64,000 bases of DNA from Eledone cirrhosa (Eukaryota). The stretch spans positions 1 to 64,000 of the forward strand of contig CAXHJY010000162.1 in NCBI GenBank assembly GCA_964016885.1, written 5' to 3'. The position numbers and the translations under genes are program-made. Under the pieces are notes generated by a model, which saw nothing but the letters and a program-made list of their open reading frames with translations, was not told where the DNA came from and ran no database searches. Shown here one piece after another: positions 56,874 through 64,000 of this stretch (its first letter is position 1; the number at the start of each line of letters is the position of its first letter).

Positions 56874-59230
56874 TGCAGTGAGACTCGCTTCCCTTGTTAT
56901 GACGTCAAGTCAAAGCATTGCCTGCTAAGGCACAGTTGGACTGCAGCCTCCGAACTGATAACAACTTCCTAGGGACCCCAATCAAAGGGCCTAGAGATGG
57001 ACATGCATTCCGATCCTTTCTTACTGCTGTTTGCTAACACATAACTCCAGGTATGAACTAACATTTATGCACACACCACTCCATCAATAAAACATTTGTT
57101 ACGTTGATAAGCTCTGTTGATTTTACTCTGATATCAATACATACACTACCAATAACTTCCAGTGAATTCAATGGAGTTATAACATATTAAAAATAGAAGA
57201 TATCCCCATCGGACATTGACTAGCTATCCTTCGATACCAGTTGACCATGTACCCGGTCTAAAGTGGTGAACTCCGACGATAAATCAAGAAAACGGAGTCT
57301 ATTTAATTTCGCCATTCGCTTTAATGGTGACATCGAATGACTTATTAAACTGTTGGTTCGCGCAGACAGATGAAACGAACACACAGACACACGTTGAACT
57401 TTTCGTTTGGACAAACTTTTTCTCACCTACATGACGCTATTTCGGACAACAACAATAAAAAAATTCCTCTAACAACATTCGACATGGATTTTTCCTCCGA
57501 CACTGTCTACAACGAAAAATAGAAGTAATTTTTTTCTCAGCAACAAACAAACAAGAAAAAATTTGACTCTTCACCTCACGTGTTTACATCGTTTAAATGT
57601 GTTTCACTCACTGGATATATCCTTCGTTCTTCTCACAACGAACACTCAAAAAAGACTTGGACTCCTGTATTCTTATATTCAACATGTCAATTTTGATGAA
57701 CATCACAGCTCGCTTACTCATTCAACTAAGCCTTTTCGCTACTTTTTCATCACTTTCACAAAAAAAAATTGAACCCTCGCAATATTTTTTATACAAAGTG
57801 AATAAAGCCTTTCCTTCTTTTTCATCATATTGTCACGTTCACACACAAATTTTTCAAAATGGCTGCCAACGACATGTTCCACTATCATTTTCTCGCGCAA
57901 AAGAAATATATTTTTTATTCAACTTGACTTTAACCTTGTTTCGGCACGTGTGTGGGAGCACACATATCGACTCACTGAGATAACACACGCCATAGATAAT
58001 GTTTCTTGCCAAAGATTATCCAGCCTGAAGCTATATTCTCCTATTTGCCGGTTTAAGAATTTACCACGTAAATTTGCCGTTGAAAACTGCGCATTTATTC
58101 AGAATGCTCGTTTCGATGGTCGCTGGCCTCTTGACTCATCCAGGTCAACGCGTTCTCAACATCGACCATCAACTTTGGCTGTTATTTCTAGCACTTTGCG
58201 CAACTCATTTTTTCTGGGAAACTTTTTACTGTGAATTGAAACAACTTCGAAAGGGCTATCTCACTCCGTGAGACAACAACATCAACAACAACAACAACAG
58301 CTTCATCCGTGGTCTACCAACAAATAAAACTACTAGAACCGACTAGAGAATTTATTTTTGCAGTTCTCTTCCTGTGAGAAATTTCCCACCAGCCTTCGGA
58401 GGTTGGGAATTTTACGTTTGAACACAGAACAGAAAATAACTGCATACATTCTCTCTGGGGGTTCATTTTTCGGCCCTGTTCTTCTGCCGCAATTTGTGTT
58501 TATATACCTGTGAACTTTATTTTGAACATTTGAACTTTGTTTATAATTATGTTCGAGTACGTTTCTTTGCTCCTTTGACCTCTTCTTTTAAGTTGCTTAC
58601 ATTGTATCTTTGTGTGATGGATAGATAGATGTCCAGTCGTTCTCTGGCCAAGAGCGGTTGGCTACCTTGATATCTATCATTAATTTTTGCATGCTTATAT
58701 TTTGCTGTTTGCTTTTGTTGCAAACATTATTTTTTTTTGATAACTTTCATACCTGGTTTTTCGTGTGACTTGCTCGCCATATCACTGCATGCATCGTCCG
58801 TTGTATCGATTTTTTCTTCGTAAAAATCTGGCGGGAGATAATGTAGTGAGAGTCGCCTCCCTTGTTATGACGGCAAGTCAAAGCATTGCCTGCTAAGGCA
58901 CAGTTGGACTGCAGCCTCCGAACTGATAACAGCTTCCTAGGGACCCCCATCAAAGGGCCTAGAGATGGACATGCATTCCGATCCTTTCTTACTGCTGTTT
59001 GCTAACATATAACTCCAGGTATGAACTAACATTTATGCACACACCACTCCATCAATAAAACATTTGTTACGTTGATAAGCTCTGTTGATTTTACTCTGAT
59101 ATCAATGCATACACTACCAATAACTTCCAGTGAATTCAATGGAGTCATAACATATTAAAAATAGAAGATATTCCCATCGGACATTGACTAGCTATCCTTC
59201 GATACCAGTTGACCATATACCCGGTCTAAA
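56874..59230 (+). mobile_element. Degenerate non-autonomous Gypsy-like LTR retrotransposon
   Basis: 389-bp LTRs 56874-57262 and 58842-59230, TSD AGGT, PBS-like tggtgaactccgacg, PPT-like ggcgggagataa, THPG integrase-like remnant. Confidence 0.88.
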
Positions 59231-59798
59231 AGGTTATTTTAACGTGCAATTGAACCTTGCTTAGTCAGTTCTAAATCTAATTTTCTGCAGTAAGTTTACA
59301 TTTTCTGTCAAATACTACATATGTTTACACAGTAAAGATTTTAAACATTCATAAAATGTTAAAAATAGCCATTACATTACAAATCATCGGAGAATATCAA
59401 ACACTGAATCTTGGCACCTGCTTCAGAGTTTTGTGCAGTTCAAAACTTACCTTAAAATAAGACTATGCCCTAGATTCAGTGTCTCCCACCTCTTCTAGAG
59501 TCTAAAAGGGATGGGAGACAGTGAAACGTTAATATTGAATCAACAGGGGCCTATTAGCTAGTTTTTGTTAGATTGATAGCCAGCTAAGAAGATATCAGTT
59601 CGTACCGAATATTTGAACGTAACAGAAAACATTAGAACACGAAAAAAATTAAAACTTCAGATTTGTTTTTGTTTGTTTTTTATAAAATTTTTTACATTTG
59701 ACTAAGTATAATATTTTAATCACAACTGTATAAATAATATTACAAATCTATCTATATTATAAAAGAAGAGCTGTTTCTCCGCCTCTCTGTCCTTTACA

Positions 59799-59838
<40 letters not shown>

Positions 59839-60017
59839 CTCCGGTGGCTGATAGCTTAATGACCGCTATTTTCAGTTAGTTGGCCTCTATAACGTATGTT
59901 AATTGCTCTGCTCTTCTTTTAGTTCATTGAGCGCTTGCCGCATATCTCGAAAATTGCGTTTCGCTTTGTTTTTGATCTCAGCCGAAATACGATCTCGCTG
60001 AAATTATATTTATATAT

Positions 60018-60091
<74 letters not shown>

Positions 60092-60095
<4 letters not shown>

Positions 60096-60277
60096 ATTGT
60101 TTATACTTTTTGGCACAAGGCCAGCAATTATTCCAGTGCATTACTGGTACTTTATTTTATCGACCCCGTAAGGATGAAAGGCAAAGTTAACCTCGGCGGG
60201 ATTTGAACTCAGTCCGTAAAGGGAAGTAACTCTTTGCTGAAAAGCATGGCATCCGACCCTCTACCGATACTGCCGAT
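60092..60277 (-). mobile_element. Young tRNA-derived SINE
   Basis: Same family as 46422-46604. Confidence 0.9.
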
Positions 60278-60279
60278 AC

Positions 60280-63234
60280 TATTTATAGTTATGTATATAC
60301 TATAAACAACTATAAACAGGAAAGGTCAGTAATTTATTACTACCTTATAACCAGTAAGAGAAATAGTTCAATGTAAGAACATCAGTTGTTTTACAGAGCA
60401 GGAATATAAATTACACAATTATCAAAGTTATGTTCAAATCATTTTATTGCTGACAATCGTTTCTATATCTACTAAATGAAATTCATAAGAACCTACCCTA
60501 CCTCAATGGTGGTTTATACCGCGATGATGCACTACTCCTTATAGACTATACAGAATTTAATATAGAAAGAACTAGGAAACAATTACATAAAATTTTCAAA
60601 AACTTCAACTTAAGTATCACCTTAGATAAAAACACTAAAAACGTTAACTTCCGTGTTGCTACCCTTTGCCTGGACTCTAAAATATATACACCCTTTCATA
60701 AACCAAACGAAAAACTAATTTATGTGGATACCAACTCTAACCATCCTAAATCCATATTAAACTCAATTACTAAAATAATATCTAATAGAATCTCTAATCT
60801 ATCATTTAACGAAACCATATTTAACAATAATTCCCAATACTATAATGAGGCCTTAGCTAAATCAGGCCATAAAAATGAGATTGAATTTCTACCTATAAAA
60901 TCACATAGTTACAACATTATTTCTCACAATATGGCCACGAGGAAAAATAACAAAAATACTAGCCACACTAACTCTAATACGAAGGGTAATATCAAACTTA
61001 ACTCGCACTAAAATAAACACCACAATAATAATATAAACAGAAATACAAATACCTAAAAAAAACATTACAAAAAACAAAAATAGAAGAACTAATACATTCT
61101 TCAATCCCCCTTTCAATCTAAACGTCTCTACCAACTTGCCTAAGGCTTTCTTCTCAATCCTAGAAAAAAAATTCCCAACCGGCCACAAATACCATAATCT
61201 TATCAATAAAAATACCATTAAAATCTCTTACTCTACCACACCTAATATCGCATACCATATAGCTAGTAGTAATAAAAGGAAGATTAATAATTATTTCTAA
61301 CTAATTAAAACAGAACAGGGGGTAAACTTACAGAACATCATAGTACCTGTAAATCCTAGTAGCAATAATAATAATGGTAATAGCACTAATGAAATCAATA
61401 ACGACAACCATCAATACCCTAATGCTAGCCCTAACAACCAGACTTCTACACAACATAGTAACCGGCAAGCAAACAACCAGAATAACTGTAACTGTAGAAC
61501 AAATAGAACTTGCCCCTTAGGTAAAAATTGCTTAATCAAAGACATCATTTATTCATGCATGGTCAACACAAATAACTCTTCTAAAACATATATTGGCTCA
61601 ACTTCGAACTGCTTCAAGACGAGATACAACTCGAACCTCCACTATTTCAAAAATCACAATCTAGCCAACTCCACTTCTTTATCTAGTTACATACACTCTC
61701 TGAAAACTAGGAATAGACCATATACACTTCAATGGGAAGTAGTAGGTAGGGGTGCATCGTATAAACCACCGAATAAATTGTGTAACCTCTGTCTTCTAGA
61801 GACCCGTACTATAATCTTTTCGAAACTAGACCTAAATAGAAAATCAGTTTTCCTCATGCCGACACTCGTTCCATACTTTAAACCTAGCTGATAGTATATA
61901 ACAATGTCAGATTTGAATTCCTCACCACCATTAACACTTCACCGCTAGGACTTATCAGACCCCACAGCATCACAATCTTTGGCCAGCTCTTTCCTCTACA
62001 TAACTCCTATGTATCTCAAACCTTATACAATAACTATTAGAAATAAACATAAAGTTACCACCTTTTAATATAACTACTATAGCTTACTTATATACAGTAA
62101 TGGATATATAATATGTAGAGACATTTAATGTAATATGTGATAATAAATTATATATACATTTATAATTAAATATATAAATTAATAACATTGTATATAAGGG
62201 ATTAACTTTTAACATAATATGTATATTAATAACACAAGAGATTTAACTAATTGGACCTGTAAACAGCTATACATTTTTCCATAACTTATATCTTGTCCAG
62301 TAATTGATAGATAACAATGTAATGAGACCGTTAATGTATTATAGGAAAATAGACAGTATTTAAAATTAAATATAAATAAATAAATAAATAAATAACATTA
62401 TATAGAATAGATTCAAATAATTGATACTTTCCTATATAATTTAATTTAATTAGGTCCCCTTAATTTAATTTAATTAGCTCCCCTTAATTTTGGATCTCAT
62501 ACTCACTTCCGGAAATTAAACCGTTAGAAAAACTTGCTGTAGAACAACTCTAATCCATGGATAAGAATACAATAAGACCAATTTACAATCCATTGCTATA
62601 ATTAACTAAAAACATTCAATATAAACATTAACTAAAATATAATTTAACATATGTAATGGAAAAGATAACAATAACTTTGATACTCTCAACACATACACAT
62701 TTGAACACTACAGAAACTACCATCACATTACACCCACCATAAATGTTAATACACTAACACCTTTGCTTGATATGCTTGTATACCTGTATTATTTTATGTG
62801 ATACCTTTGCCATACAGTATTTATATATGCCTAATACCTTTGCTTGTTTCCTTCATATACAGTATATGACTAACGCATGTGCACTCTCTACACGCTTGCA
62901 TTTATACTGCTAGTGTCCTCATTCTTCCTCAATGCCTCTTTAATTATTAGACTATTCCCTTGTATTATCTGTCGCATGTATTCCACTCTGTGCTTTTAAT
63001 TTTAATTTAAATTATTGTACAATTCTCGTATAATATATGTCGCATCCATTCCACCCTATAAATACGAAACTGCTGTTCACAACATCAATATATATGTATC
63101 TATATGATTGTTCAGTTGAATAGGAGGTTAATTATATGTACAAACATTGCTAGTGCTCCGATGATTCCAAACAAAAGTTTGGAAGAAACGATTGTCAGCA
63201 ATAAAATGATTTGAAAATAACTTTGATAATTGTG

Positions 63235-63238
<4 letters not shown>
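60280..63238 (+). mobile_element. 5'-truncated Penelope-like element (RT + GIY-YIG) with inverted terminal segment
   Basis: GLYRDDA, PFHKPN..YV..SNHP, FNPPF, IKISYS..PNI, CNC.....CPL...C, IIY..YIGST..FK.RY, CNLCLLE; stops and frameshifts; 60410-60463 inverted at 63185-63238. Confidence 0.92.
63154..63200 (+). ncRNA. Hammerhead in the PLE 3' pLTR (CCGATGA core variant)
   Basis: tgct CCGATGA ttccaaac aaaa gtttggaa GAAA cgattg TC agca. Confidence 0.65.
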
Positions 63239-63333
<95 letters not shown>

Positions 63334-63481
63334 TGTGGGTGTATGTATTTCGTGTGTGTGTTTCGGGTGAGTTCCAGCCGTTTCGACAGCTAGATCCGAA
63401 CAGTTTCATATTACCCACTCTATTAGTATCAAATACTCTGGTGCGTTCTGGTCCGCCTGGTATCTTACCACATCCTCTTTG

Positions 63482-63583
<102 letters not shown>

Positions 63584-64000
63584 GAATAGAATAGAATTAG
63601 GATTTAGCTTCGAGCATAGCTGTATACAGATATGTATTGGAATTTCGTATTTCTAAAGAAATCGGTATGCTTATAAATAAACATTTAGAAAGCCGTAGCT
63701 ATGCAAAAACACCGGGACTATCGCCACCTGGTGGTGTCCAGCAGAGGCAAGGAGGACAATCGTCGATGCATTTCGAACTGAACTGGGTTTCATCAGGATG
63801 ATCCCTCCCGCTTTTGCAACTACTGAACTTGAAAATAGGCGAGAATATATAGTTTTCTCGCCTGTGTAAATGAGGTGATTAATCTCATAGTCCATAGAAA
63901 GAAACAATCCAGTTATCAATAAGAATATTTGGAATTAATGCATGGAAGATTTCACAGCTCTAACATCACTCCTCCATAGTCACCTATGAACTTTTCAACC

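Noticed and set aside
63600-64000. Possible exon at the window end
   Set aside because: No recognisable motif or confident splice pair

Overview
Eukaryotic, very AT-rich, microsatellite-laden animal DNA; the SINE/LINE repertoire suggests an octopod cephalopod (inference). One host gene is supported: two coding exons of an SH3PXD2/Tks5-type PX-domain NADPH-oxidase organiser on the minus strand (29025-28957 and 10927-10847, 18-kb intron). The rest is mobile DNA: an ~8-kb (TA)nG satellite, RTE-group LINEs (one intact 1041-aa EN+RT ORF and one 5'-inverted copy), CRE- and Tx1-like remnants, tRNA-derived SINEs, TTAA MITEs, two mariner-type elements, Helitrons, a degenerate Gypsy-like LTR element and a Penelope-like element (PLE). 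The main hidden structure is upstream of the gene (30-64 kb): a dense set of non-coding fold-back and tandem elements in (TA)n tracts that carry type I hammerhead ribozyme folds from roughly ten different sequence families. The clearest is a ~548-bp tandem array with an intact-core hammerhead in every unit (retrozyme-like). Ribozyme folds were read by eye and not tested. Repeat boundaries are approximate to within a few to tens of bases.
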